Of a DNA stretch of 62,298 nt, positions 9,269 through 18,982 are shown in pieces (positions within the stretch are counted from its first letter, which is position 1; every line of letters starts with the position of its first letter). A program made the translations under genes and the position numbers. A model generated the notes under the pieces. The model did not search any database. It was given only the letters and a program-made list of their open reading frames with translations, and was not told the origin of the DNA. Source of the DNA: Sphingopyxis sp. (GTDB taxonomy: Bacteria; Pseudomonadota; Alphaproteobacteria; Sphingomonadales; Sphingomonadaceae); NCBI GenBank assembly GCA_030655355.1, contig JAURVS010000314.1, positions 1 to 62,298 on the forward strand, written 5' to 3'.

Positions 9269-10150
9269 TTGCCGGTACCGGAGCATCATATCGTGGCGAC
9301 GCCGCCACCCTTCGGCAATCCGCCTTATCCGGCGGACATATTCGCCGGGCAGACGGTGCTCGTCACTGGCGGCGGATCGGGCATGGGCCTCGCGATGGCG
9401 AAGGCATTTGCGCAAGGCGGAGCGCAGGTTGTCGTCATGGGACGCAGTATCGAACGCGCCGAACAGGGGGCCGCGGAGATCGCCGCGCTGGGCGCTCGCA
9501 CGCATGCGATAAGCTGCGACGTGCGAATTCCCGAAGCCATTGCCGCGGCTTTCGACGAAGCCGAAGGCGCGCTCGGTCCGATCAGCCTGCTTGCCAACAA
9601 TGCCGGCGCCAATTTCCCGATCCTGGCCGAGGATATTTCAGCCAACGCCTGGAACGCTGTGACGCGCATCGCAATCGATGGCACTTTCCTCTGTTCGACC
9701 GAATTTGCCAGGCGCCTGATCGCAAGGGGCGCGGGCGGGGCGATCGTCAACAACAGCGCGCAATATATCTGGACCGGCTTTCCCGGTGACGCACACAGCG
9801 CCGCTGCAAAGACGGCGCAAGCGACAATGACGAAGAAACTGGCCGCCGACTGGGCGCCTCATGGAATACGCGTCAACGCAATTGCCGCGGGGTTTTTCCC
9901 TCACGACACATCTACGGCAGGGCGCCGCGAGGGAGGCATCGAGCCGCTCCAGAACATGATCCCCGCTGGCCGTACCGGCAGCATCTGGGAATTCGGCTGG
10001 CTGTCGGCGATGACCTGCACGCCGCTCTTCGGTGACATGACCGGGCAGGTGATCGTTCAGGACGGCGGTGAAAGCCTCCGCCGCTCGCTGATGATGCCCG
10101 ACTTCGTTCCACCGCGCGAACGCGCCGACGGGCCATGGGGGTGGCAATGA
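9269..10150 (+). CDS. SDR, 2,4-dienoyl-CoA reductase-like
   Basis: VTGGGSGMG, NNAGANF, HSAAAK in place of YxxxK. Probable TTG start at 9269 after GGGAGAG. Confidence 0.85.
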   Translation: MPVPEHHIVATPPPFGNPPYPADIFAGQTVLVTGGGSGMGLAMAKAFAQGGAQVVVMGRSIERAEQGAAEIAALGARTHAISCDVRIPEAIAAAFDEAEGALGPISLLANNAGANFPILAEDISANAWNAVTRIAIDGTFLCSTEFARRLIARGAGGAIVNNSAQYIWTGFPGDAHSAAAKTAQATMTKKLAADWAPHGIRVNAIAAGFFPHDTSTAGRREGGIEPLQNMIPAGRTGSIWEFGWLSAMTCTPLFGDMTGQVIVQDGGESLRRSLMMPDFVPPRERADGPWGWQ

Positions 10151-10650
10151 GCGGCTGGCTGGGCGGAAGGCGGGTGCGTGTCGAGGGCGACAGCCCGGCC
10201 GTTTCGGCTGCGTTGACCGCGCATGGCGCCATGCTCGTCGATACCGACGACCATGATATCTGGGTCCATATAGCGCCGGCCTCCGTCATCAGGCCTGCAC
10301 ATGAAATGACGCATGCCGAATGGCGCGCCAGTCTCGACGCAGGGCTCGACCGCCGATTCCTCGGTGCGAAGGATTTTGCGGAGCGGTGCCGCGCGCGCGG
10401 TGCCGGCGGCGCGATCCTGTTTGTAGGCGCGCCCGAGCAGGCGCTCGGCGCCGATCAGGCGGCGGCGGCGGGTGCGCTTGGCAATCTCACCAAGACTTTG
10501 GGCGTCGAATGGGCGCGCGACGGCATCCGGGTGAACAGCATCCTGACGCACGACACCGGCGACACGCTCGGCAAGCTCGCGGCCTATCTGGTCAGCGACT
10601 ATGCTGCCTATGTCACAGGCGCGGTGATGGGTATCGGCCTCGATGACTGA
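10147..10650 (+). CDS. shortened, degenerate SDR-fold protein
   Basis: C-terminal SDR features (GGAILFVG, LTKTLGVEWARDGIRVNSI, YLVSDYAAYVTG) but no TGxxxGxG or YxxxK. Overlaps both neighbours. Confidence 0.75.
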   Translation: MSGWLGGRRVRVEGDSPAVSAALTAHGAMLVDTDDHDIWVHIAPASVIRPAHEMTHAEWRASLDAGLDRRFLGAKDFAERCRARGAGGAILFVGAPEQALGADQAAAAGALGNLTKTLGVEWARDGIRVNSILTHDTGDTLGKLAAYLVSDYAAYVTGAVMGIGLDD

Positions 10651-11503
10651 CCGGTCCCGCCTCGACGGGCAGGCGGCATTTGTCACGGGCGGCGGCGGCG
10701 GGATCGGGCGGGCGATTGCGCTCCGTCTCGCTGAAGCGGGCGCCGACGTCGCCATTTTCGATATTTTTCCCGAGCGCGCAGAGGAAGCCGCCGAGCGCGT
10801 GCGCGAATTGGGGCGGCAGGCGCTGCCGATCGCCGGCGATGTCATGGACAGCGACGCGTTGCGCGCTGCGGTCGACGCCGCCGCTGCGCGGTTCGGCCGA
10901 CTCGACATCCTCGCCAACAATGCCGGCGGGGTATCGGCGCGCGCCTTTCTCGAACAGAGCGAGCGCAGCATGCGCAAGCATATCGACATCAATCTGATGT
11001 CGATGCTCGTCGCGACGCAGGCTGCCGCAAAGCATATGGTCGATGGCGGGCGCGGCGGCGCGATTATCAACGTCGCGAGCATCGAGGCAAGCCGCGCAGC
11101 GCCCAATTTCGCGGTCTATGCCGCATGCAAGGCCGGGATGCTCAGCTTCACCAAGTCGATGGCGGTCGAATTGTCGGGACATCGCGTCCGCGTCAATTGC
11201 ATCGCGCCTGACCATACGATCACTCCGGGCAATCAGGGTAATCGCGCCGGGCCGGTCGACCCCGCAACATGGAAGCAGCGCAGCGACGATGATATCGACG
11301 CAATGAACCGATTGATCCCGCTTGAACGCGAGGGCGTCGACCTCGAATGCGGCGATGCGGCGGTGTTTCTGGCGAGTGCGATGTCGACCTATATCACCGG
11401 CATATTATTGCCCGTCGATGGCGGGACCTGGGCATCGTCGGGATGGGTGCGTGGGCGCGATCGGCGGTGGACATTGAATGAAGGGCTGGCTTTTGGTGCT
11501 TGA
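10643..11503 (+). CDS. SDR oxidoreductase
   Basis: VTGGGGGIG, NNAG, YAACK, VRVNCIAP, VDGG. Confidence 0.92.
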   Translation: MTDRSRLDGQAAFVTGGGGGIGRAIALRLAEAGADVAIFDIFPERAEEAAERVRELGRQALPIAGDVMDSDALRAAVDAAAARFGRLDILANNAGGVSARAFLEQSERSMRKHIDINLMSMLVATQAAAKHMVDGGRGGAIINVASIEASRAAPNFAVYAACKAGMLSFTKSMAVELSGHRVRVNCIAPDHTITPGNQGNRAGPVDPATWKQRSDDDIDAMNRLIPLEREGVDLECGDAAVFLASAMSTYITGILLPVDGGTWASSGWVRGRDRRWTLNEGLAFGA

Positions 11504-11564
11504 GCGGCGGATTGGCACCCGGCATTGCGAAGTTGCGCCGGGCACCATAATGACGCAGCAATAA

Positions 11565-11587
11565 AAAACCCGAGGTTGACGGGTTTT
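11565..11587. promoter_or_regulatory. inverted repeat AAAACCCG-N7-CGGGTTTT (weak terminator or binding site) ahead of the GntR gene
   Basis: Perfect 8-bp arms in the intergenic region. Confidence 0.4.
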
Positions 11588-11605
11588 GGCAAAGGGGCAG
11601 ATACA

Positions 11606-12382
11606 TTGCAGAGCGATAGGGACAGCGGACGCATTCGGGTTCCCAAGACGTCGGAACTGGTCGCCGACCAGATCCGTGCGCAAATTGTCCGCGGCGAACT
11701 GACCGAAGGCGACTCACTGCCACCCGAGGGCGTCCTGATGACGACTCTCGGCGTGTCGCGCCCGACCCTGCGCGAAGCTTTTCGCATTCTCGAGGCCGAA
11801 AGCCTGATCAGCGTCGTTCGCGGATCGCGCAGCGGCGCGCGCGTCCATCGTCCGTCCACTGAGCTGGTCTCGCGCTATGCCGGCTATGTGCTGGAATCTC
11901 AGGGCACGACGATCGCCGACTTTTACGCCGCGCGTCTGGCGATCGAGCCGACCGTGGTGCGCTGGCTGGCAACGGTAAAGGGCAACACGCCGGGCATGCC
12001 CAAGCTCAAGACCATACTCAAAGAGCTCGGCGACATGCTCTCCAACGAACGATATGACGAGTTCATCGACAATATTGCCTATTTTCACCAGGTGCTTGTC
12101 GAAGCGACGGGCAACAACACCCTCAGCTTCATGAACCGTATGCTCCTCAATCTCGCGCGCACGCACCAGAACGATTACCAGCGCCGCCGCCCGCGAACGA
12201 CCGACGAGCGGATGAAGAGCATCCGCGCCGGGTTCAAATCCTACGACAAGCTCATCGGCCTGATAGAGAAGGGAGAGGTCGAGGAGGCCGTTGCGCATTG
12301 GCGGCTCCACTTGCGCAATGCCAATGAAACCTGGGCGGTACGCGGCGAGGGCGAGCGGATCGTCGACTCACTCCACGGATGA
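11606..12382 (+). CDS. GntR/FadR-family transcriptional regulator
   Basis: LTEGDSLPPEGVLMTTLGVSRPTLREAFRILEAESL...RGSRSGA, plus an FCD-type C-terminus (FHQVLVEATGN, HL). Probable TTG start at 11606. Confidence 0.9.
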   Translation: MQSDRDSGRIRVPKTSELVADQIRAQIVRGELTEGDSLPPEGVLMTTLGVSRPTLREAFRILEAESLISVVRGSRSGARVHRPSTELVSRYAGYVLESQGTTIADFYAARLAIEPTVVRWLATVKGNTPGMPKLKTILKELGDMLSNERYDEFIDNIAYFHQVLVEATGNNTLSFMNRMLLNLARTHQNDYQRRRPRTTDERMKSIRAGFKSYDKLIGLIEKGEVEEAVAHWRLHLRNANETWAVRGEGERIVDSLHG

Positions 12383-13884
12383 ATTTTATCGCCGCGATGA
12401 CCGCTGCGGCGGCGCGGGCACCCGATGCGCCGCTCACCGTCGCCTCGGACATCCGCCCATGCACGACGACGCTGGGCGAGGTAGTGGCCGCCGGCCGCCG
12501 TATGGGCACCCGGATGACGGCGGCGGGCATCGGTCCGGGCGATATCATCGGCTGCATGGTGCCAAACTGGCGCGAATGGCTCGTCGTGGCGGTGGCGGCG
12601 GCGCAGTCGGGGGCGGTGATGCTGCCCATTGTCACCATCTATGGTGCGAGGGAACTGGGCTTCATCCTGCGCCAGTCGAACGCCAAGTGGCTTTTTACGC
12701 CCGACCGCTTCCGCAATGTCAAATATGATCGGCTGGTGACGGATTGCGGCGACCTTCCTGCGCTCGAACGCCATATCGCAACGGGTCCAGATTTCGACGC
12801 CCTCGAGGCCGATGGTCCCATTGCCGATCCGGTAGCGGTTGAGCCGGACGCTTTGGCGTTGCTCGTCTACACGTCAGGAACGACGGCCGATCCCAAGGGC
12901 GTGATGCATTCGGCGCGCGGACTGCTCGCCGAACTAGCGACGATGGAGGCGATGCGTGGGGGCGACGGCAATGACGCGGTCATCTCGCCCTGGCCGCCGG
13001 GGCATGTCGCAGGCGCGCTGTCGATGTACCGCTATCTTTGTCAGGGTGCACCGCTGGTCCTGATGGACCAGTGGGATCCCGCGCTGGCGGCCGAGCTTGT
13101 TGACCGGCATCGCGTTACCACTTCGTCGGGCACGCCCTTTCATCTGGCGGGCATGATTGCGGCGGCTGATGCCAATGGCAATGATCTGACCTCGCTGCGC
13201 CAATATCTAGTTGGTGCGGCGCCCGTGCCGCCGTCGTTGATCGCGCGCTGTCAGGCACAGGGCCTTGCGGTCTATCATTGCTATGGATCGAGCGAGCATC
13301 CGACGGTCACATCGGGCGTCGTCGACGATCCCATCGACAAGCAACTCCACACCGAGGGGCGCGCGATCGCAGGATCGGAGATGCGTTTCGTCGATGACGA
13401 TGGCCATGACGTGCCGCCCGGCGAAGATGGCGAAATCTGCACCCGCGGGCCCGAATTGTTCATGGGTTATCTGGATCCCATCCTCAACGCGGCCGCCTTC
13501 CTGCCGGGCGGCTGGTATCGTACCGGCGATATTGGACGAACCGATGCCGAAGGCTATCTGCTGATCACCGACCGCAAGAAGGACATCATCATTCGCGGCG
13601 GCGAGAATATCTCGTCGAAAGAGGTCGAGGCCGTTCTGCTCTCGCACCCTGCGGTCGTCGACGCCGCTGCTGTCGCTGCACCCGACGAGCGGATGGGCGA
13701 AATCGTGCGCGCCTGCGTCGTGCTGGCTCCGGGAGCGAGTCTGACACTGGACGATGTGCGCGGCCATTTCGCCGGTGCCGGGATCGCGCGGCAGAAAACG
13801 CCCGAGCGGCTCAGCATCCTGCCCGAACTGCCTCGCAATGCGTCGGGCAAGGTGCTGAAGCACGAACTCAGACGCAGCGCCTAA
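12379..13884 (+). CDS. AMP-dependent acyl-CoA ligase
   Basis: YTSGTTADPKG, YGSSE, YRTGDIG, RKKDIIIRGGENI, PRNASGK. Confidence 0.93.
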   Translation: MNFIAAMTAAAARAPDAPLTVASDIRPCTTTLGEVVAAGRRMGTRMTAAGIGPGDIIGCMVPNWREWLVVAVAAAQSGAVMLPIVTIYGARELGFILRQSNAKWLFTPDRFRNVKYDRLVTDCGDLPALERHIATGPDFDALEADGPIADPVAVEPDALALLVYTSGTTADPKGVMHSARGLLAELATMEAMRGGDGNDAVISPWPPGHVAGALSMYRYLCQGAPLVLMDQWDPALAAELVDRHRVTTSSGTPFHLAGMIAAADANGNDLTSLRQYLVGAAPVPPSLIARCQAQGLAVYHCYGSSEHPTVTSGVVDDPIDKQLHTEGRAIAGSEMRFVDDDGHDVPPGEDGEICTRGPELFMGYLDPILNAAAFLPGGWYRTGDIGRTDAEGYLLITDRKKDIIIRGGENISSKEVEAVLLSHPAVVDAAAVAAPDERMGEIVRACVVLAPGASLTLDDVRGHFAGAGIARQKTPERLSILPELPRNASGKVLKHELRRSA

Positions 13885-14675
13885 TTGCGCATGATGAACC
13901 CGCCGTCGACGTTGAGCGCCTGACCCGTGATCCAGTCGCCTGCGGGCGAACAGAGCAGCAGCAACGCCCCGACCAGCTCTTGTGGCTCGCCGCGCGGCTG
14001 CTTCACGACGCGCGCCATCGCCGCCTGAACGAACGGGCTTTCCTCCGGCGTCAGCGCCTTGCCGGCGTCGGACATCGTCATCCCCGGAGCGATGGCATTG
14101 ACGTTGACGTTCATCGGCCCGAGCTCGGTCGCGAGCGTCGTTGTCAGGCCGAGCAGCGCAATCTTGCTGATCCCGTAGGTCGTCTGCGCGGGGAAGCCGC
14201 CCGCCGAAAGCTGGTTGACGATCTTGCCGCCGCCGCGCGCCTGAAACAGTGGCACCGCCGCCTTCGAACAGATAAGAGCGCCGGTCAGGTTGACACGCAT
14301 CAGCCTTTCGAAATCGGCGATGCTCGTCTGGATCGCCGCGGTTCCGACGGCTTCGACCATCAGCGCGGCATTGTTGACGAGGATGTCGAGCCCGCCGAAC
14401 GCCGCCTGCGTCGCTTCCATCATTCCCGCTACCGAGGCCTCGTCTGCGATGTCGGCTTGGACCGCAAAAGCCTTGCCGCCTGCGGCATTGATTTCCGCCG
14501 CGACACGCTCGGCGCCTTCCTTGTTGAGGTCTGCCACGACAACACTCGCGCCGGCGTTGGCCAGCCCGACGGCATAGGCGCGCCCGATGCTGTTGCCGCG
14601 CCCCCCCGCGCCGGTGACAATCGCGACCTTGCCGTCGAGGCGGAACTGATCGTTGGTGAAATCAGCCATGCTCAC
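13881..14675 (-). CDS. SDR oxidoreductase
   Basis: VTGAGGRGNSIG, NNAA, YGISK, VDGG. Start GTG 14675 or ATG 14669. Confidence 0.9.
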   Translation of the reverse strand: MSMADFTNDQFRLDGKVAIVTGAGGRGNSIGRAYAVGLANAGASVVVADLNKEGAERVAAEINAAGGKAFAVQADIADEASVAGMMEATQAAFGGLDILVNNAALMVEAVGTAAIQTSIADFERLMRVNLTGALICSKAAVPLFQARGGGKIVNQLSAGGFPAQTTYGISKIALLGLTTTLATELGPMNVNVNAIAPGMTMSDAGKALTPEESPFVQAAMARVVKQPRGEPQELVGALLLLCSPAGDWITGQALNVDGGFIMRN

Positions 14676-16153
14676 GCCTCCTGCTTCGGAAAGATCGGCG
14701 CGCCGACACCGATGGTGACGGTCTTGTAGTGCAGGAACTCGTCGATCCCGGCCTTGCCGCCTTCCTTCCCAAAGCCCGAAATGCCGACACCGCCGAATGG
14801 CGTGTGCGGATTGATTTGGAAGCCGCCATTGTTATAGACGCCGCCTGCGTTCAGCCGCTCGGACAGGCGGTGGACGCGCTGCAGATCATTCGACTGGATA
14901 TAGGCGGCAAGGCCGTATTCGCTGTTGTTGGCGATCGCGACGGCCTCGTCCTCGTCGTGAAACTTGATTACCACTACCGCGGGGCCGAAGATTTCGACTT
15001 GGCTGATTTCATGATCGGGATCGGCATCGACGATCAGCGTCGGTTCGATGAAATTGCCCGTCGCCAGGTCTCCCTCGCACCGTCCGCCGCCCAGCAGGAA
15101 GGTCGCGGCGCCGTCAGCCTTGGCACGGTCGAACATGCCGGTGATCCGGTCGACCGCCGCCTTGTTGATCACCGGACCTACCGCCACCGTCGGGTCCATC
15201 GGGTCGCCGACTTTGAACTGTCCGATGATCGCCTTCAGCCGCGCGACGAAATCGTCATAGATATCGGCATGAACCAGTTGGCGGGTGGGGAGGGCGCAGC
15301 CCTGACCCGACAGGCAGCCGACGGTCCAGAAAACCGCGCGCTCGGCCGCTGCCTGAATATCGCAGTCGGGAAAGACGAGGCTCGCCGATTTCCCGCCGAG
15401 TTCCATCACCGACGGCTTGATCTCCTCGGCGCACGCCGCGAGGATCTTGCGCGCGGTGATCGGGCCGCCGGTGAAGCTGATCTTGCGGATCTTCTTGTGA
15501 CGCACGATCGCGTCGCCCGCTTCGGCGGTGCCGGGCAGGATCGACAGCACGCCGTCGGGCACGCCAGCCTTGGTGCACAATTGCGCGAACAGCTCGGGTG
15601 CGAAGGGTGTGATCTCGGCGGGCTTGCAGATGACGCAATTGCCTGCAGCAAGCGCCGCGCACACTTTCATGCCCAGCGAAATAAGCGGGCCGTTCCACGT
15701 AATGATGATCCCGACGATCCCGATTGGCTCGGGGACGGTGTAAGATAATTCGCCGCGGGTATCGAAGGTGCTCAGTAGGTCGCCCGACAATTTGTCGCAC
15801 CATCCGGCGTAATAGCGCGTCCAGCTCACAGCGGTTTCAACCCCGCGCTCGCCGACCATCAACGTCGTGCCGCCGTCGAGAGCCGCCGCCCGCGCAAGCT
15901 CCGCCTTGTTCTCCTCCAGCAGGTCGGCGAGGCGATTGAGGATGTTGCGCCGCGTTTCGGGCGGAGTACGGCGCCATTGTTCACGAACCGCCTCGGCCTT
16001 GGCGACCGCTTCCTCGACCTCTTTCGTTCCGGCGAGCGGAATATCGGCCTGCACCGACTGCGTCACGGGATGCAGGTGCGGATGCGTACCGCCACTGCCG
16101 CTGCTGCGTTGTTCATGTCCAAGGTGCAGATGCACTGCGGGTGCGCTAGCCAT
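14672..16153 (-). CDS. aldehyde dehydrogenase
   Basis: TWNGP, KPAE, FTGG, MELGGKS, GQGC, EIFGP, PFGG. Confidence 0.95.
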   Translation of the reverse strand: MASAPAVHLHLGHEQRSSGSGGTHPHLHPVTQSVQADIPLAGTKEVEEAVAKAEAVREQWRRTPPETRRNILNRLADLLEENKAELARAAALDGGTTLMVGERGVETAVSWTRYYAGWCDKLSGDLLSTFDTRGELSYTVPEPIGIVGIIITWNGPLISLGMKVCAALAAGNCVICKPAEITPFAPELFAQLCTKAGVPDGVLSILPGTAEAGDAIVRHKKIRKISFTGGPITARKILAACAEEIKPSVMELGGKSASLVFPDCDIQAAAERAVFWTVGCLSGQGCALPTRQLVHADIYDDFVARLKAIIGQFKVGDPMDPTVAVGPVINKAAVDRITGMFDRAKADGAATFLLGGGRCEGDLATGNFIEPTLIVDADPDHEISQVEIFGPAVVVIKFHDEDEAVAIANNSEYGLAAYIQSNDLQRVHRLSERLNAGGVYNNGGFQINPHTPFGGVGISGFGKEGGKAGIDEFLHYKTVTIGVGAPIFPKQEA

Positions 16154-16177
16154 GTCTTTGTCTCCCAATGAAAATGT

Positions 16178-17368
16178 TCAGGCGTTCCACGCCAAATGCA
16201 GATGTTCGAGCGCCATCACGCTGCCGCCGCGGCACGTCTCGTCGCCCTTTTCGATTTGCCGGAAATGCCCGATGCGGTCGAACCAGGCGCGGTAGAAGAC
16301 GATCAGTTCCATCCGCGCGAGATGCAGGCCAAGGCAGGTGTGGATGCCCGAACCGAATGCGGCATGGCGATAAAATTGGCGTTCGACCGATACCGTCTTG
16401 GGATCGGGGTTGAGCCCCTCGTCCCAGCCGATGAGCGGCAGCGGCGCAAGGATGCAGTCGCCCGCGCGAAGCTGGACGCCTTCGAGCTCGGTATCCTGAA
16501 CGATATAGCGCGGCGTCGCGACAAAGGCATAGCGGCGCAGCAATTCCTCGACGAGGTCGGGGATCACCGCCGGATCGTCGATCGCGCGCTGACGCAGCGG
16601 CTCGTCGTGCGCGAGGTGGCGCATCCCGAAGCTCATCGCATTGGTTACCGTATCGAGCCCTGCGAGGAACATCAGGAAGCCGATCGACATTAACTCCTCG
16701 AACGTCACGCGCCGTCCGTCGACCTCGCTGACGATGATCTTCGAGATCATGTCGTCGCGCGGTTCGGCCATGCGTTGCTGGATCAGTTCGGCAAGATGGC
16801 CGAGGATTTGCTGCGCCAGCGCATTGCGTTCGTCGGGGGTCGCACGGGCATTGAAAAAGCCGACGACGAGGTGACGGAATTCGTCGAACTTCTCCATCGG
16901 AAAGCCGAACAATTCCATGAACACCGCGACTGGCAAACGCGAGGCGATTGCCGACACGAACTCGCATTCTCCCGCCTCGACGATTTCGCCGAGCAATTGG
17001 TCGGTCCATTCGACAACACGCGCTTCGAGCGGTGCGATCGCCTTCGACTCAAAAAATGGACGGAGCATTTGCCGATAGGGCCGGTGCTCGGGTGGATCAA
17101 GCATTTCGGGGATCATCGCAGGCTGATCCGGATTGGGCGGTATCGACAGATATCGGCTGGAGAATATCTCCGGATGCCGCACCACCTGCGACACCGATGT
17201 TGCGGTGTTGCACATCCAGTGTCCGCCATGCGCATTGGTCCAGAAAACCGGCGGCGCGGTTTCCTTAAGTTCCCAATAACGGTCGTGGACGTCCGCCAAC
17301 AGGCCAGGGTCGGCAATATAGTCGAACTCATAGACCGGCGAACGCGCCGGGGTCTGCGACTCGGTCAT
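16178..17368 (-). CDS. cytochrome P450
   Basis: AGLDTV I-helix, EELLR, FGSGIHTCLG heme loop. ATG 17368 follows GAGGAGAGG. Confidence 0.95.
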   Translation of the reverse strand: MTESQTPARSPVYEFDYIADPGLLADVHDRYWELKETAPPVFWTNAHGGHWMCNTATSVSQVVRHPEIFSSRYLSIPPNPDQPAMIPEMLDPPEHRPYRQMLRPFFESKAIAPLEARVVEWTDQLLGEIVEAGECEFVSAIASRLPVAVFMELFGFPMEKFDEFRHLVVGFFNARATPDERNALAQQILGHLAELIQQRMAEPRDDMISKIIVSEVDGRRVTFEELMSIGFLMFLAGLDTVTNAMSFGMRHLAHDEPLRQRAIDDPAVIPDLVEELLRRYAFVATPRYIVQDTELEGVQLRAGDCILAPLPLIGWDEGLNPDPKTVSVERQFYRHAAFGSGIHTCLGLHLARMELIVFYRAWFDRIGHFRQIEKGDETCRGGSVMALEHLHLAWNA

Positions 17369-17390
17369 GTTCCTCTCCTCTTGCGGACAA

Positions 17391-17406
17391 GTAAACGATC
17401 GTTTAC
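17391..17406. promoter_or_regulatory. perfect 16-bp palindrome GTAAACGATCGTTTAC, probable TetR operator
   Basis: Self-complementary, in the 62-bp gap between the divergent P450 and TetR genes. Confidence 0.8.
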
Positions 17407-17430
17407 ATAAGGAGTCAACGGGGAGCCGAT

Positions 17431-17994
17431 ATGGCAACGAAGATGGACACGCCGGCGCGCGACGCCGACCGGACGCGGCAGGCGATCCTTTTTGCTGCGC
17501 AGCAAATTTTTGCCGAAAAAGGGTTTGCCGAAGCCGGAGTGCGCGACATCACCGCGCGCGCTGGAGTCAATCCGTCGCTCGTCAGCCGCTATTTCGGGGG
17601 CAAGCTGAAACTTTTCGAAGCGGCACTCGACGCGGCGCTCGATGCACGGCTGATGACCGACCTGCCCAAACAAGGCTTTGGTCAGGCGATCATGGCGCGC
17701 TTTGCCGATGAGGAGAAGGGGCGGGTCCAGCCGCTGCCGATCCTGTTCGGTGCGGCGCCCGACAGCGAAGCGCGCGCGATTGCGCTCCGCCTGCTCCACG
17801 ATCATGTGCTTGCGCCCTTGACCGCGTGGTTCGGGGGCGAGGCGGGCGAAGTGAAGGCGGCCGCCTTCATGGTCGTTTCGCTCGGCTTTTTCACCTATCG
17901 CGACCAATTGCCGCTGCGGCAATTTTCGGGCGCCGTCGACCCCGGTTTGCGGCGCTGGCTGGAAGAGACGTTCCAGGCGATCGTCGACGACTGA
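17431..17994 (+). CDS. TetR-family transcriptional regulator
   Basis: TRQAILFAAQQIFAEKGF...VRDITARAGVNPSLVSRYFGGKLKLF. Confidence 0.93.
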   Translation: MATKMDTPARDADRTRQAILFAAQQIFAEKGFAEAGVRDITARAGVNPSLVSRYFGGKLKLFEAALDAALDARLMTDLPKQGFGQAIMARFADEEKGRVQPLPILFGAAPDSEARAIALRLLHDHVLAPLTAWFGGEAGEVKAAAFMVVSLGFFTYRDQLPLRQFSGAVDPGLRRWLEETFQAIVDD

Positions 17995-18027
17995 CGAAGA
18001 CCTCTCACAGCAACGCAACGGATTCTG

Positions 18028-18978
18028 TCACGCGGCGTCCTCCAGCATCACGTCGTCAGTGGCGGGCGCGATGAACTGCAACAGATGCGCGCGCTTCAGA
18101 CAGAAATGCGGCGTGGCTTCGTCGGTCATGCCGATTCCGCCATGGACCTGGATATTGGCGCGGCCGTTGTCGAGCGCGGCCTGATCGGCGAGCCGCTTGG
18201 CGGCGGCGACGTGGAAGGCTGCGTCGGCGCTCTTCGCGTCCAGCGTGCATGCAGCATAATAGAGTTGCGACCGCGCGACCGCGGCGCGCACTGCCATGTC
18301 CGAGCAGATATGCTTGAGTGCTTGAAACCAGCCGATCGGCCGGTCGAATTGTTGCCGGAGCTTGGCATAGTCCGCTGCCATGTCGCGCGCGGCATCGGCG
18401 CACCCGACCGCATAGGCCGCGGCTAGGAGTTGAAGGTGAAGCGGGGCGGCGGCGTCCTCGCTCGACACAGCCCTCGTCGTCCAGTCCTGCTGACTCTGCA
18501 GCGTCGAGGGATCGATCGTTGCGCGGTGCTCGGTAACGTGATGCTGCCCGCTGACCCGATCGTTGAAGCTGTCGGGCAGATCGAAGATGCGGATCGATCG
18601 AGGCCTGGACATCAGCACAGCCACAGAACCGGGCGGATCCAGCACGCGCAAGGGCCCGGGCTCGTCGCTCGTCAGCGCGAGTGCGACCTTGGCGCCGAAA
18701 GGCTCGTCGAACCAGCGGTTCGCGACCGCCGAAGACAGCAGTCCGATCGGCGCCAAGAAGCGGCCGAGTTCGGCAAAGACGAGCGCTTCGGTCGCATGGT
18801 CGAGCGCCAAGCCGCCGTTCGTCTCGGGCGCGGTGATGCGCGAAAGACCCATCGCTTCGAGTTGACCCCAAAGATCGGCGGGACGCACGCGCGCCTGCTC
18901 AAAGGGCATGTGGTCGCGGCACCAGTCGGCGGTCGCGGTCTGGAAAGCGATCTGCTCGTCGTCAGGGGTCAAATCCAT
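18028..18978 (-). CDS. short, divergent acyl-CoA dehydrogenase (probable second subunit of a heteromeric ACAD)
   Basis: MDLTPDDEQ N-terminus, YAKLRQQFDRPIGWFQALKH, IQVHGGIGMT. The middle beta domain is divergent. 316 aa. Confidence 0.88.
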   Translation of the reverse strand: MDLTPDDEQIAFQTATADWCRDHMPFEQARVRPADLWGQLEAMGLSRITAPETNGGLALDHATEALVFAELGRFLAPIGLLSSAVANRWFDEPFGAKVALALTSDEPGPLRVLDPPGSVAVLMSRPRSIRIFDLPDSFNDRVSGQHHVTEHRATIDPSTLQSQQDWTTRAVSSEDAAAPLHLQLLAAAYAVGCADAARDMAADYAKLRQQFDRPIGWFQALKHICSDMAVRAAVARSQLYYAACTLDAKSADAAFHVAAAKRLADQAALDNGRANIQVHGGIGMTDEATPHFCLKRAHLLQFIAPATDDVMLEDAA

Positions 18979-18982
18979 GATG

